The notes under the pieces are model-generated. The model was not told the DNA's origin. It searched no databases and saw only the letters and a list, made by a program, of their open reading frames with translations. Position numbers and translations under genes: made by a program. Of a DNA stretch of 64,000 bases, positions 20,801 to 31,210 are shown piece after piece; position 1 is the first letter of the stretch; each line of letters opens with the position of its first letter. Source of the stretch: a virus. The stretch spans positions 37,538 to 101,537 of IMG/VR virus record IMGVR_UViG_3300032116_000064, one strand, 5' to 3'.

Positions 20801-22350
20801 GTGTATTAGCATCTAATATAGATGATGATATATCTAGATGGAAGCTTGGTGCGTTTAAGATATGTAGTTTTTCATCAGATTTTGATTCCTACACAAAGCG
20901 AGAAGGAAAAGATTATATTACGTTTAGTCTAGACCATCCGGGTTCTGGATATTCTCAGTTAACAAATAAAACCTTACCATCCAACATACATTTATCTGGT
21001 GTATCTTATCATACTCAGATAGAAAATGATTTTTTGAGATTCGACATATCTGATATTCCATCTGAAGATCAATCAAGATTTTACGGGTTAGCTCCGCGTA
21101 TATCTAAAAATTTACCAAAGGGTTATGACTTTAGAGAAGACTCTCTTTGTGTTGATACTGTATTAGAGCATCATACTAATAATGATATTATTTGGCCAAA
21201 TGGAAAAGTTGGTCCTAAATTTATTGTAAGTATTTATGCGCCAACTCAAGAATCACAAGAACGTCCAAGTAAATCTCTTGGATTGGTAAACAGATCTATT
21301 CATTATCTTGAACCATCTGGGTGTATAAGAAAAATTACTAGTAAATTAACATTCAATGATATTTTAGATAAATCTGAACCTTGGGCTACATTTGATAGTG
21401 AATCATATTTTAATGAATTCAGAGATAAGTATCTCTTAAATGATGTCAATCAGATGTTCTTACAATATGATCTTGTTTACCCATCTGGTTCGCCTTATAA
21501 ATCTAAAGTCAAAATTCATAATACTAATATTAGAGCAAACAATGCAATTTATCTTGATGGCCACACTAGTGGAACTTTGTTCTTATATACAAGTGGATAT
21601 TATTATCAATTTAATACTTTAAATCTATTCACACCAGAAAATGGCCCACCTGTTAGTGGGTTTCCGCCACTCAATTTATTTGTTACTGGCCATGGACCAA
21701 CCGGCATACATAATAGTGGTTTGAACTTATTCGTTGACAATAGTAGCAGTGGATATTTTACGCCGCCAGAGATATTGAGTCTATATACTATTGGCAATGG
21801 TTCTATTGACAGTAGTGAACAAGTTTTTACTGGCATGTTTGGATCTCTACCATTTAGGGGTCTAGGTCTTAATGTCAGTGGGCAACTTATGAATGAAACT
21901 GTTATGCCACTCTATGTGTCTGGCATGGCATTTAATTCAAATGACTATTTAAATCTTTGTAATTTAGGACCGGAAGGTTATCAACCAGCTGATAATATAC
22001 TAAATTTACGTGTACGCGGAATAAATAGATCAATTAATGCATACCCATCTTCGGTTATGTCATTGCATATTTATAATGATCAACAATTTATTGGGAATAC
22101 ATCTAACTCATTTAATTTATTCTTATCTAGTTTCGATCCGGTTAAAACTAACATTTCTGGAAATTTGCCGCTGGTGACATTAAATTATCCTATCTCCGAC
22201 AATTTAGCCTCTAAAAGTGCTACAATAAAATGGGATAGTGATAACATTGGTCAGGGTATAACATCTGTAGATAATGTCTATGCATATGTCGATGCTGATG
22301 ATAATATAAGAGGAGTTAATTTAGCATGTTACGGAGACTGTAAAAAATGA
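17845..22350 (+). CDS. Large virion (tail tip) protein with a possible LamG-like domain and C-terminal LxL(F/Y)xxG repeats
   Basis: 1501 aa, S/N/Y-rich, directly after the tape measure gene. Confidence 0.6.
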   Translation: MSCSVCNINTNIILQSDSKISANISPFNHGFSCRISSSAKVSSSASIFRNLTQALTSVGKVVAHENVNFSPKEDLYESAVGKILGSTSATLGVNNRFLSSSNFQTTKTDKFSGSKLSFQASSKLYPIGDISFKNKFTDTNVNISNSQAQSTNIYTSIDEGIFAGNYTDNNSNGFLTSDDARSFVFLNQALASGDLEYKFRVTYPLANPKFSYFALRAYAPFDNYLLRRPQRYKIYDITLNDPSGNLIIKYDDIFVEGDNNFTTYISQANINKVNQTTWSSGYPYMDSGSPLFLENKPYTCNFSVSVDCPQRPFDDRFNLGYEQLCIKDAPSPNPYNALLISAIEIGNSGGVGVRKDNALNCFVKVRDKSERIKKIILPNTLFTNEFNNGIYPEASSVWRTPDYEHSNQDVLSSNTLLQKIRHVNTDYGDYISLSGSLPNVDSGRLILKFDTDRDELNVYAGGAFNFGGNKVFDDATKQQYQYQDYFEVDYAELKVIARKHPSNSDYPIDIVGYSDDKLLYVTPAIGGFLQNSGSLPTISSSIPDVSGFKKPNLSISSSSISDGSEFFLNDISSLGDHYVLNTSILVDSTSFKEYIIPLDIYSDPNKLGYNKYSLSPYFENLYIDICPIPSGASIAHVSLILYYKPANALHLHTLGSPSNRNAVQKIITLLPDGSGTISSNEQPSGLVVGFSSPSYLSTNFARRWRGHTGDIFVGGDFDRERFDFSFNHQQSDALFLNSYIDFTNCDGQNIYDHNKVAVGASINDDLDILSNFGWRYSSQQLIDGITTDYSSLSWNNSVYDNFDRALRIGNDYVNTNFLTSSNNDFVLFFRYTPDKVSSGELNNHLIMCCEDGDWSIAIVVENENLTLKVKNTNSTISTIVDTIKISQYSFPLPILITYNSATKKFKLYTDNQLIKPFDRFRGEVTINSYSSSTNNFFGYSNYFTSLGSIPMFLHEIGYSSGCHIVDSNPNRFLNQITANDFFDSYSVLASNIDDDISRWKLGAFKICSFSSDFDSYTKREGKDYITFSLDHPGSGYSQLTNKTLPSNIHLSGVSYHTQIENDFLRFDISDIPSEDQSRFYGLAPRISKNLPKGYDFREDSLCVDTVLEHHTNNDIIWPNGKVGPKFIVSIYAPTQESQERPSKSLGLVNRSIHYLEPSGCIRKITSKLTFNDILDKSEPWATFDSESYFNEFRDKYLLNDVNQMFLQYDLVYPSGSPYKSKVKIHNTNIRANNAIYLDGHTSGTLFLYTSGYYYQFNTLNLFTPENGPPVSGFPPLNLFVTGHGPTGIHNSGLNLFVDNSSSGYFTPPEILSLYTIGNGSIDSSEQVFTGMFGSLPFRGLGLNVSGQLMNETVMPLYVSGMAFNSNDYLNLCNLGPEGYQPADNILNLRVRGINRSINAYPSSVMSLHIYNDQQFIGNTSNSFNLFLSSFDPVKTNISGNLPLVTLNYPISDNLASKSATIKWDSDNIGQGITSVDNVYAYVDADDNIRGVNLACYGDCKK

Positions 22351-25300
22351 GTTATTGCACAGAAGCCATAGTAGATATTCATGGAATTAAGTGGTATTAT
22401 CCAGAGATATGTGTAGACGGTGGCGTATTTAGAGCTAAAAATACTTATACCAATCTTACATTTCCTAGTGGATCATTTAAGCATACTATAGATAGTAACT
22501 CATTGCAGTACATAGCGGCGGAAAATCAAAATATAATTACTACGGAAAATAATATTTCTTTTGTAACTGAAAGCACATATGACTCAGTTGTTTTTGATCC
22601 TATGCCATATAGTGGTCATTTTTACGGTATAAGAAAATATACTGGCTTGGCTCCCAACTTGCCCTACGTCGTTAATATAACAGGTAAATCTGGATCTTCA
22701 AACGCTATAAAGATTCCAACAGAAATTCTAGAAGTAGAGTACAATAAAAACGAAACTGACGAAATCAGCAATGATTATAGTGGATTTAGATTAGTTGATA
22801 ACGTTTTTGCCGGTGGAGAATATGGTAAATCTGTCGCGTCTAAAAATGATTTGTTAGCTATTGGATGTCCAAAGATGCCAGTTACATCTGGATCTACCAC
22901 ATATGAAGAAGCTGGCAAAGTATTCTTGTATAGAAGAGATGCCAGACCATCTACTGTTGATTGGCCGCTTGATAATTATAAGTCAGAATGGAGTCTTGAG
23001 ACAGAATTAACTTTACCATCTGGATTGCTAGGTGATTATGCGATAGAGTCAAATATTTTTATCAATGGGTTGCCGTCTGATTTCACTGGTGTACAAACAT
23101 CATGGTTTGTGGGTCAGGACGGAAGACAGTTTGGACATTCTGTAGATCTCTCTGTAAATGAAAATATAAAATCTTTAGGAGAAGATAAACAAGAAATATT
23201 GGTAGTTGGTGGAGTTGGTGCAAGATGGACAAGAACTTTTGAAGATGATCCACCATCTAAAGTATCTATTGGTTTGATGATTTTTACTGACGAGTTTAGT
23301 TATATTTTACCGGACCCATCACCCGGTGCGCCTTGGAAAGTAAAAACATATGAAAATATTTTGTCTAGCATAGCTAATAAAGATTTGGTATTCAACTATT
23401 TTTCTGATCCTAGAGTAGAGTTTGATGTCAAAATTATTGTTTGCGTACCAACCGCTAACTCTGACGAATCTGATCCCGTCTTTCCAGAAAAACCGGATTT
23501 TATTACATTAAAACGTATAAGTAAAAACTTTGGATACCCATTATCAGAGTCCTCTATTAATGGAACATTGAGTGGAATTACTTCTTCATTTTTGGAAGCT
23601 TTTCCTTACAACAATAGTATAAATAGTGGGATTCCACCGATGCTAGGTATTTGTATCGATGGAAGTTTTTCAATGGGTGGTAGAGAAGCCTTAGAGCCAG
23701 CATTAGATAGATTCATTGACTTTTATCAGAAATATAGTTTTGCTAGTGGGTTAAAAGACTTTTATGGCGTTCAATCATCTGGAATAGTATATGAATATTT
23801 GACAGAAGGCGATACTGATTGGATAGACATGTCCAAATTGATTTTAGGTGAAGTTCTAGATACTGGACGATTAGTTGAAAGTAATCAAGTAAGATTTTTC
23901 TCTAATAATGTCGGAACATTTAACAAGTATGACAAAAATTTTAACATCCCACCAGACAGTGGTGGAAAAGTATATATTTTTGAAAAAGAAAGTGGATCAT
24001 GGAATTTAATTCAAGCAATTTCTTCTCCCAATGTAACAAGAGATTACAATGATAGATTTGGACACGCAGTTAGTATAAGTGATGACGGCGAACTTGTAGT
24101 AATTGGTTCTCCATATATCAATCAAGCAGTCATGATGTATGAAAGGAATTACGAAGCGCGTAATTACTTTTACAACTATCAAATTGCTGATTGGGTTGCA
24201 TCTAAAAGGTCAGACAAGTATTCTAAACAGCTTGCGGCATATTACAGTAAGCCTCAATTATTAGAAGACAAAAAAGCTCTATATCTATCATTAGATCCAG
24301 AAGACAAATTTCAAGCTAGATTAGATAATAATGTAGAAGAATATCAAAATATATATACATTTGATTATAGCAATATGCAACCGGCTGGTGGCTGGTCATT
24401 TGTCGCACAAGAACACGCACCAACTTCTAGACTAGGTTATAGTGTAGACACCAATGAAAATGGCACAGTAGTAGTAGCTGGCGCACCAACGGATAGTCTT
24501 AATTTTCATAACAATGCAGATGTTTATTATAATACAGATGGACATGCACCAAATGGAAAGACTTTACAAGCTAGATATCTAGGATCCGAAGGAATTCCCG
24601 CTGGTAGAATTCATCCATCTTGGTCAGCAAGTTTGTATACAGGGTCAGTACACGTATTTGAATCTAGAAAATATTATCCTCATAACAAAGCTATTGAGTA
24701 TGGTAAGTTTGGAAATTTACATGAGAATATTAGTTCAAACACGGCAGATTCTGGACACTTTAATTATTTAGCTCAAATTTTTTCTGACAAAAATTATGTA
24801 AAAACTCAATTCGATGATTCTGAAATTCCGCAGGATGCTGGATTGATCTTTATAATAACGCCAGCGGTTTCCGCTCTTAGTGAAGAAATCTTGGATAAGA
24901 TTAAAAATTGGTTAGCACTTGGAGACAGAAATTTAGTATTGGTTGGAAATGATCCAAGGTGGGAAGCCAATGGAATATATTCTCAATCAAACAACATCTT
25001 AAATGATTTGTTATCTAAATTACAATCTAGAATGAGAATTGTTCCAGCTAGAAATGAATATGAATCACTTCCAAGTGGATACTCTTCATTTAACAATATT
25101 GTTCCATCTTTTACTCCACAAGGATTAACAAGTACTTATGTAACAAGATCTCCAGTTAGAGGTAGTGGTGTTGCTGACATCAAAATATATTATCCATACT
25201 TTGAAGAAATGCCCTGCAAAGAAGTTGATGATTGTTCAATTGATCAAACAAAAATACAAATACAAACCAAATGTCAGATGCCATTAAAAAATTACGGAGA

Positions 25301-28300
25301 CTTAAGGGCAGAATGGAATGCTTCTTGTTGTACAAATGGTGGATTATTAATATATGGTTATAATTGGCCTTTAATATTTGGATCATATACTCCAGCCTGT
25401 GGGGATGTAGCCTTTGAACCAAAACCAACTAAAAATTTTGAACCGATACCAATACTAGTAGCAGCTGAAAAAGTAAAACAAGAAATTATATATCCAGCCA
25501 TACCTGCGGTTTCTGGAACACGTATTGTCTACGATACAATTACAGCAGGTTCTAATAACTATTATGAATTTGGTTCTCCTATGAGTGAAGAGCTTAACTT
25601 CGCTTTTAGTTCTGGCAGCAGGGTTGGTCATGACTATAACAGCATTTTATACAATATTAATAACAGAACCAATACTCCTTTATTTTATATTCCAACAGAC
25701 GAACTTGGCGGTGTTTTACAAGCTAAAGGTTCTCCGAAAATTGATATTACACCATATTTGTCTAGAGAAGAAATTTCAGATAAATCATATTTTGCTTTAG
25801 AATACTCTTACAAAAATCAACCAACTTCTAAAATTGATATCATACCTAGTCTTGTTATAGAGTCTCAATTAAAACAGGGATCAAATGATGAAAACATCTT
25901 ATTCTATCAAAATTTAATTTCTTTTTCTAAAACTGTATTTGGACGATCATATATAGCGCAGTTGAATTGGAATGGATGGGAGTCTTTTTATGATGCATAT
26001 AGCAATTCTTTGTTAAAAGATGCTTTAGGTGCAGATAATAATATTACATATAATGTTAATGTTTTAGATAGCACTTATAACGTCGCATGGTTACCAAACT
26101 TAATTTCTCAACCTTCTAACTCGCAAATTGATAATCTATCTCTTTGGTTATTATTGGGAAATAGAAGATTGATAATTACTTGCGATAATACAATATCTAG
26201 TATTATTCAAACAAAGACATTCCTAGAGAAGTTAGGTATAAATTTGGAATTATTGCAAAAGTATAATGGAGAATATCCACTATCTGGCTTTGGTTCTTTT
26301 TCAATAAATCAAAATCATCAAATAGGTGGTCAATACTTTAGTAATGTTAAAAACAAGAAAATAAATTATTTTTCTGGTAATGGATCATTTTATCCATTCA
26401 AATTAAATGATGGTGCTGTTCCGCTAGCATATATAGATTATCCTGTTTATGATGAAATTCCAAAAGAATACAACAATGATAACTGGGATATTAATGCCGG
26501 TATTGTAAAAATAAATGTACCAGTACTGCCGGGATCTGGATATAGATTATTTGTTACTACAGACTCTCAAGATCCCGCCGAATCACATGCCCTAACTGTT
26601 AATGTCGATAAATCATCAGTAACTCCAACCGGAACATATCCAGATTTAGGTACAATTGGAATATATGAGCTGGATGAAAATAGAAGTTTATTTGAATCTC
26701 AAACTATTAATACATCATTCAATACAATAAATTGTGGCGGCGGAACATGCTTTCAAGATTTTCAAGTCTCTAATACTGATAATGTAAACATTTATGTTTC
26801 ATGTGTCATGCCTAGATTAAAAAATGATAAATCTCCAAAAAGTGTAAGATTAATCGGCATTTCGGGAGTATTAATACCTATTTATGAAAAAGCAGTTGTA
26901 TCTACCATTGATGTGCCTGTAGGAATTTCATTTTATAGAATTTCTGATCCAGTAGAAGAAAGTCGTGAAATTGTTGAAGTTGTTAGAACAATTAGTACAG
27001 ATAATACAAAATATTGTAAATCTGGATGTGAGTTTTTGGGAAATCAATTAATAGAAGATGGTCCAGTTGTAGTAGCACAAGAATTAGAAATTTTTTCTGA
27101 TTTTGATGCTGGATTTGCTAGATCTAGAATAACAGTCATAACTGACTCTAGTATTTTACAAGGCAGATATGTTACTGAAAATAATGTTATTCCACAAGAC
27201 ACATATTCATTTATTAGAAGCTTGTATCCAGAAACAGAATTCTTTTCAGAAAATGCTGGTAGACAATTTAATGTATATACCAAGTTAACTTCATCAGAAC
27301 GTGGAAGTCCAAATAAATATCATTCTAAAGCACCTTATCTTGGCATTAATAAAAATTTTGGTAACTATCCAAATCTGCCATCAGCACCAATAAATTCTTA
27401 TGAATCTCAATACATTCCTAAGTATATTGTTGGGGCAGCATTACCATGGGATGGAGAAACTGATCCAAAAAAGATAGAAGAGATAAAATTATATGCAATA
27501 AGTGGATTTTTACCTAAACAAATTAATCATTCTACTACTTCACGAATTAGTGGAGTTATTGATGGCGTTTCTTACGCTGATGCAACTATTGGCGGTGGAG
27601 TTCCCGCTATAGTAAAAGACAAAGGTTATGATTATCTAGATTTTGATAAGTTCCCATCTGGTTATGTTGGAGATTTATTTGGATATTCTGTTTCTGCCCG
27701 TGGCAATAAAATACTAATTGGATCTCCATTTTCTGCCTTTGATTCAGAATCATTAAATGCTTGGGGAGATAATACCCCTCTGCGTTTGGGTCAAGATGGT
27801 GGTGCCGGTGCAGTATACATGTTTGAAAAATCTTCAGAAAACAAATGGGAAAATACTAAAAAGATTAGACCTAATTCATTGATGGGACAACTTAGTGGAG
27901 TGGGAATTTATTCAGACCATTTCGGTCATTCAGTTGATATGCAGAATGACGTTATTATAATAGGATCGCCAAATCATAGTTATGGTAATTACTACGATTT
28001 TTATTATGACGATGGAGCTTTTGCTAGGAAAAATTTTAACCCTCAGTTTGATATACCACAATTATCTATTTATGATCTAGGAGATTCTGGAATAAGAGAT
28101 CAGCTTAACATAGATAATGCATACATCAATAACATTGGTGCTATATATGTATATGAAAATAAAATTACAGATTGGGAAAACAAAACTCAATCTTGGAAGT
28201 TAGTAGAAAAATTGGTTTCATATCCATATAATCCAGATGGAGACAATTACGCAAAGGGAAGCGGAGAAAGGTTTGGAAGAGACATATACTTGTCTCGTCC

Positions 28301-28943
28301 ATATAGAAGCGATGCCGACTATTGCATAATAGCTGGATGCAATTTTGCATCTGGATCTATGCTAAATGTTGGTGCTACTTATGCTAAGGACATTATGCTT
28401 AAATCTCAAAGACCTTCTATACCAAATAGTGGGGCTTGGATATCTGCAAAAGTCTTTGGTGACAGAGATCAGTATGGTAATCCATTCGCATCATTATACT
28501 TTACTAATATTGGTGACAATACACGATATCATGCTAGTGGTAGTGTAATCACAAATAGCAAAGGTGAAATATTCCTAGAGGTATCTGGGCAAGACCCGTC
28601 CACAAAAGGCTTTATTTCTCATAGACCATATATTGAATCAATTTATGGATATTATCAATATGGTAAGCTAATAAATGATACATTAAACTTACATATTAGC
28701 GGCGGTCACATACCGCCAAGCTCTCAATTACCCCTTCTTATAAGTGTCGAAAATTCAGCATATGTGTATAATACATTAGGATTGTATAGCGATGTAAAAA
28801 CCGGGGATGCTGATTCTAGCCTATCCGGTATGCCATTATTTGCACAGGTTTCTTCTGGAACCGCACTTGAATCTTTAGGCTTATATACTAGCGGGATAGG
28901 AAGTCCAAGCGACAATCTTAACTTAAGTGTAAGAGGTAAATAA
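22347..28943 (+). CDS. FG-GAP seven-bladed beta-propeller adhesin-like virion protein with inserted domains
   Basis: Seven (F/Y/L)GxxV-type blade starts at 22821, 23130, 24057, 24432, 27678, 27921 and 28272, with matching GxVY(I/L/M)(F/Y)-type strands; DGSFS motif at 23658. Confidence 0.75.
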   Translation: MSYCTEAIVDIHGIKWYYPEICVDGGVFRAKNTYTNLTFPSGSFKHTIDSNSLQYIAAENQNIITTENNISFVTESTYDSVVFDPMPYSGHFYGIRKYTGLAPNLPYVVNITGKSGSSNAIKIPTEILEVEYNKNETDEISNDYSGFRLVDNVFAGGEYGKSVASKNDLLAIGCPKMPVTSGSTTYEEAGKVFLYRRDARPSTVDWPLDNYKSEWSLETELTLPSGLLGDYAIESNIFINGLPSDFTGVQTSWFVGQDGRQFGHSVDLSVNENIKSLGEDKQEILVVGGVGARWTRTFEDDPPSKVSIGLMIFTDEFSYILPDPSPGAPWKVKTYENILSSIANKDLVFNYFSDPRVEFDVKIIVCVPTANSDESDPVFPEKPDFITLKRISKNFGYPLSESSINGTLSGITSSFLEAFPYNNSINSGIPPMLGICIDGSFSMGGREALEPALDRFIDFYQKYSFASGLKDFYGVQSSGIVYEYLTEGDTDWIDMSKLILGEVLDTGRLVESNQVRFFSNNVGTFNKYDKNFNIPPDSGGKVYIFEKESGSWNLIQAISSPNVTRDYNDRFGHAVSISDDGELVVIGSPYINQAVMMYERNYEARNYFYNYQIADWVASKRSDKYSKQLAAYYSKPQLLEDKKALYLSLDPEDKFQARLDNNVEEYQNIYTFDYSNMQPAGGWSFVAQEHAPTSRLGYSVDTNENGTVVVAGAPTDSLNFHNNADVYYNTDGHAPNGKTLQARYLGSEGIPAGRIHPSWSASLYTGSVHVFESRKYYPHNKAIEYGKFGNLHENISSNTADSGHFNYLAQIFSDKNYVKTQFDDSEIPQDAGLIFIITPAVSALSEEILDKIKNWLALGDRNLVLVGNDPRWEANGIYSQSNNILNDLLSKLQSRMRIVPARNEYESLPSGYSSFNNIVPSFTPQGLTSTYVTRSPVRGSGVADIKIYYPYFEEMPCKEVDDCSIDQTKIQIQTKCQMPLKNYGDLRAEWNASCCTNGGLLIYGYNWPLIFGSYTPACGDVAFEPKPTKNFEPIPILVAAEKVKQEIIYPAIPAVSGTRIVYDTITAGSNNYYEFGSPMSEELNFAFSSGSRVGHDYNSILYNINNRTNTPLFYIPTDELGGVLQAKGSPKIDITPYLSREEISDKSYFALEYSYKNQPTSKIDIIPSLVIESQLKQGSNDENILFYQNLISFSKTVFGRSYIAQLNWNGWESFYDAYSNSLLKDALGADNNITYNVNVLDSTYNVAWLPNLISQPSNSQIDNLSLWLLLGNRRLIITCDNTISSIIQTKTFLEKLGINLELLQKYNGEYPLSGFGSFSINQNHQIGGQYFSNVKNKKINYFSGNGSFYPFKLNDGAVPLAYIDYPVYDEIPKEYNNDNWDINAGIVKINVPVLPGSGYRLFVTTDSQDPAESHALTVNVDKSSVTPTGTYPDLGTIGIYELDENRSLFESQTINTSFNTINCGGGTCFQDFQVSNTDNVNIYVSCVMPRLKNDKSPKSVRLIGISGVLIPIYEKAVVSTIDVPVGISFYRISDPVEESREIVEVVRTISTDNTKYCKSGCEFLGNQLIEDGPVVVAQELEIFSDFDAGFARSRITVITDSSILQGRYVTENNVIPQDTYSFIRSLYPETEFFSENAGRQFNVYTKLTSSERGSPNKYHSKAPYLGINKNFGNYPNLPSAPINSYESQYIPKYIVGAALPWDGETDPKKIEEIKLYAISGFLPKQINHSTTSRISGVIDGVSYADATIGGGVPAIVKDKGYDYLDFDKFPSGYVGDLFGYSVSARGNKILIGSPFSAFDSESLNAWGDNTPLRLGQDGGAGAVYMFEKSSENKWENTKKIRPNSLMGQLSGVGIYSDHFGHSVDMQNDVIIIGSPNHSYGNYYDFYYDDGAFARKNFNPQFDIPQLSIYDLGDSGIRDQLNIDNAYINNIGAIYVYENKITDWENKTQSWKLVEKLVSYPYNPDGDNYAKGSGERFGRDIYLSRPYRSDADYCIIAGCNFASGSMLNVGATYAKDIMLKSQRPSIPNSGAWISAKVFGDRDQYGNPFASLYFTNIGDNTRYHASGSVITNSKGEIFLEVSGQDPSTKGFISHRPYIESIYGYYQYGKLINDTLNLHISGGHIPPSSQLPLLISVENSAYVYNTLGLYSDVKTGDADSSLSGMPLFAQVSSGTALESLGLYTSGIGSPSDNLNLSVRGK
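28764..28779 (+). promoter_or_regulatory. Putative internal late promoter
   Basis: GTGTATA atacat TAG, about 180 nt upstream of the 28943 gene. Confidence 0.4.
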
Positions 28944-30793
28944 TGCTAGCTGTTTATTATGATGAATCTACCCCCTGTCTCATTAGACCCACTCCACTTA
29001 TTTCTATAACTCAAAATGTTATTAGAAATAAAGCCGGTATGCTTGGTAGTTATTATGATATAACTCTTAATGGTACTATTCTACCAGATGAAGGTAGCCC
29101 ATTTTATATAATTGGCGGTGGATCAACTTCTCACAATTCACCAGCGACGGTACAGTCTGCATTCCAACAAACTTATGCTAGACCGGCAACTGAAGCAGTT
29201 CATTTTGATAATGCTATGAGTTCTATAATTCATAAGCAAAATATGCTTAGAGAATTATTTAAAAGAGATGGACAACTTTGCGAATTATTACCTGTTAGTA
29301 ATAGGCCGGAATCAGATAGCGCAATGACAGATACCCCAATTTTGAAATTTCACCCAACAGTTCAGTCTATATCTTTTGAAGAGGGTGCTTATATCACAAA
29401 TTGCAAATATACTATTAATTTACGCGCAGAGGTTTTGTTAGATAATAGCAATAAAATTATATCAGATGGTATTACTAATTCTACTATAAGTCCAACTGGT
29501 TCAAGTAGAATACCAATAAGATCAAATGACAGAAATTTGACATTACTAAATGCTTTAGATGCTAGCGGGTTTATTGAAGATTATAGTGAAAGCTGGTCTT
29601 TGGAAGTAGAAGAGGGAAATGGAACTACTAATACTAACGTTGCTAATCCAACAATTTTGCCACCTAATCATATAGGATCTCTTAGAACTTATCGTGTTAC
29701 AAGAAATATTACGGCCACTGGTCGTACTATGTATTACACTGAAAACGGTACAGGTCCAATCAAACGGCGAGAAGCTTGGGAGCAAGCCAAACAGTACATT
29801 TATAATACTGTACTTAAAGATAATGATAATGTTTCAACAAATAATTCAACTGGTTATGAGCAATTTCCAGAATATAATTTAGGTCCATATTTTGGTAGCG
29901 GATTTTTAAATATTGCTAAAACTATATGGGGAGGTTATAATCATTTACGAACAGAATCAATAGATACCACTGCCGGAACCATTACTGTCAATGATACTTG
30001 GTTAATGTCTAGTGGAAATGCTTATGAAAATTTTAATATGGGAGTATCTAAAAGTTATGATAGTGCTTTACATAAAGTTACTGTCAATGGAAGCATCAAA
30101 GGATTATCTAGCGTACATGCTGGATCAACTCAATATGGCGGATCCAATGCTAGCACACAGACGCAATTTGGAGTTGCCCCTCTAAACACTGCCCATGAAA
30201 ATGCTCGTTATAAATGGAATCAAATAAGTAACAGTGGTACTTATGGCCCCAATTGTTATTTGTACCGTCGCGCACAGTCCGTCTTACATTTACCTCTTAA
30301 CTTTATACCATTATCCGTATCACTATCTAGTAATCAATTTACTGGAGAGATCACTTACGATATTGAATATGATACTAGATTACAAAATATTGTTAGCGGG
30401 GCTTTGTCGGAAAATATCACTTGCAACGATACTTACCCCGGCGATGTATTTGCAGTTATACCGGTCATTGGCAGACAGCACGGTCCAGTTTTACAATATA
30501 TAGGCGGAAGAACAGAATATCAACGAAACTTAAGTATTGAATTAGTTATGGATAAATATTATACATCTGGTGCTGGAACTCTTGTTAATAGAATTAGACA
30601 ACAATCAGTTTTATCAAAACCAAGTTTAAATGAACCATTTAAAACTCAAATTAATTCTATTATACATGCTTATAGTCCTATACAAGAAGCAGGAATAAGA
30701 AAATATTTTGTTAGCCCGCCATCAGAAAGTTGGGATCCAAGTACTGGAAGATATTCATTACAAATCAACTGGACATACGAGGTAGGAAGATAA
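28943..30793 (+). CDS. Putative distal tail/baseplate-hub-like protein
   Basis: 616 aa; beta-strand pattern ending ESWDPSTGRYSLQINWTY; TAATG coupling on both sides; positional inference. Confidence 0.45.
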   Translation: MLAVYYDESTPCLIRPTPLISITQNVIRNKAGMLGSYYDITLNGTILPDEGSPFYIIGGGSTSHNSPATVQSAFQQTYARPATEAVHFDNAMSSIIHKQNMLRELFKRDGQLCELLPVSNRPESDSAMTDTPILKFHPTVQSISFEEGAYITNCKYTINLRAEVLLDNSNKIISDGITNSTISPTGSSRIPIRSNDRNLTLLNALDASGFIEDYSESWSLEVEEGNGTTNTNVANPTILPPNHIGSLRTYRVTRNITATGRTMYYTENGTGPIKRREAWEQAKQYIYNTVLKDNDNVSTNNSTGYEQFPEYNLGPYFGSGFLNIAKTIWGGYNHLRTESIDTTAGTITVNDTWLMSSGNAYENFNMGVSKSYDSALHKVTVNGSIKGLSSVHAGSTQYGGSNASTQTQFGVAPLNTAHENARYKWNQISNSGTYGPNCYLYRRAQSVLHLPLNFIPLSVSLSSNQFTGEITYDIEYDTRLQNIVSGALSENITCNDTYPGDVFAVIPVIGRQHGPVLQYIGGRTEYQRNLSIELVMDKYYTSGAGTLVNRIRQQSVLSKPSLNEPFKTQINSIIHAYSPIQEAGIRKYFVSPPSESWDPSTGRYSLQINWTYEVGR

Positions 30794-31209
30794 TGCCAAC
30801 AGATTCAGAAAATATTAATAATAATCCATCAGAAGGATTAGATGCTAACGATAGTCGTATATCTCCTCAATTAACAAATGATATGCGAGGAGTAACCTAT
30901 GGACTTACTTATGATGCGGTGTCTGTTGCGCGACCTCCTAGCCCAATAGCACCTAATGGCTTGACATTTGAGACTGTTGGAATTTCTAATGGGTATGCAT
31001 CTAGAGTAAATGGGATTACTGATTTTAAAGAGTATAATGACTATATACATTACGCACCGATTGGAAGTGCTGGTGCTGTTGGTTCAGCATTAGGAGGTGC
31101 TGGTATAACTAATGTTTCTATGGGCAGTAGCCCAAGATTTAATGTATATAATTCTTTGATAACAGCCTCTTTTAGATTTGAAATGTATAGTAGACAGTAT
31201 AGGGTTTAA
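30793..31209 (+). CDS. Hypothetical virion protein
   Basis: Start reassigned to the ATG at 30793 (TAATG overlap with the upstream stop); 138 aa. Confidence 0.6.
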   Translation: MPTDSENINNNPSEGLDANDSRISPQLTNDMRGVTYGLTYDAVSVARPPSPIAPNGLTFETVGISNGYASRVNGITDFKEYNDYIHYAPIGSAGAVGSALGGAGITNVSMGSSPRFNVYNSLITASFRFEMYSRQYRV

Positions 31210-31210
31210 C

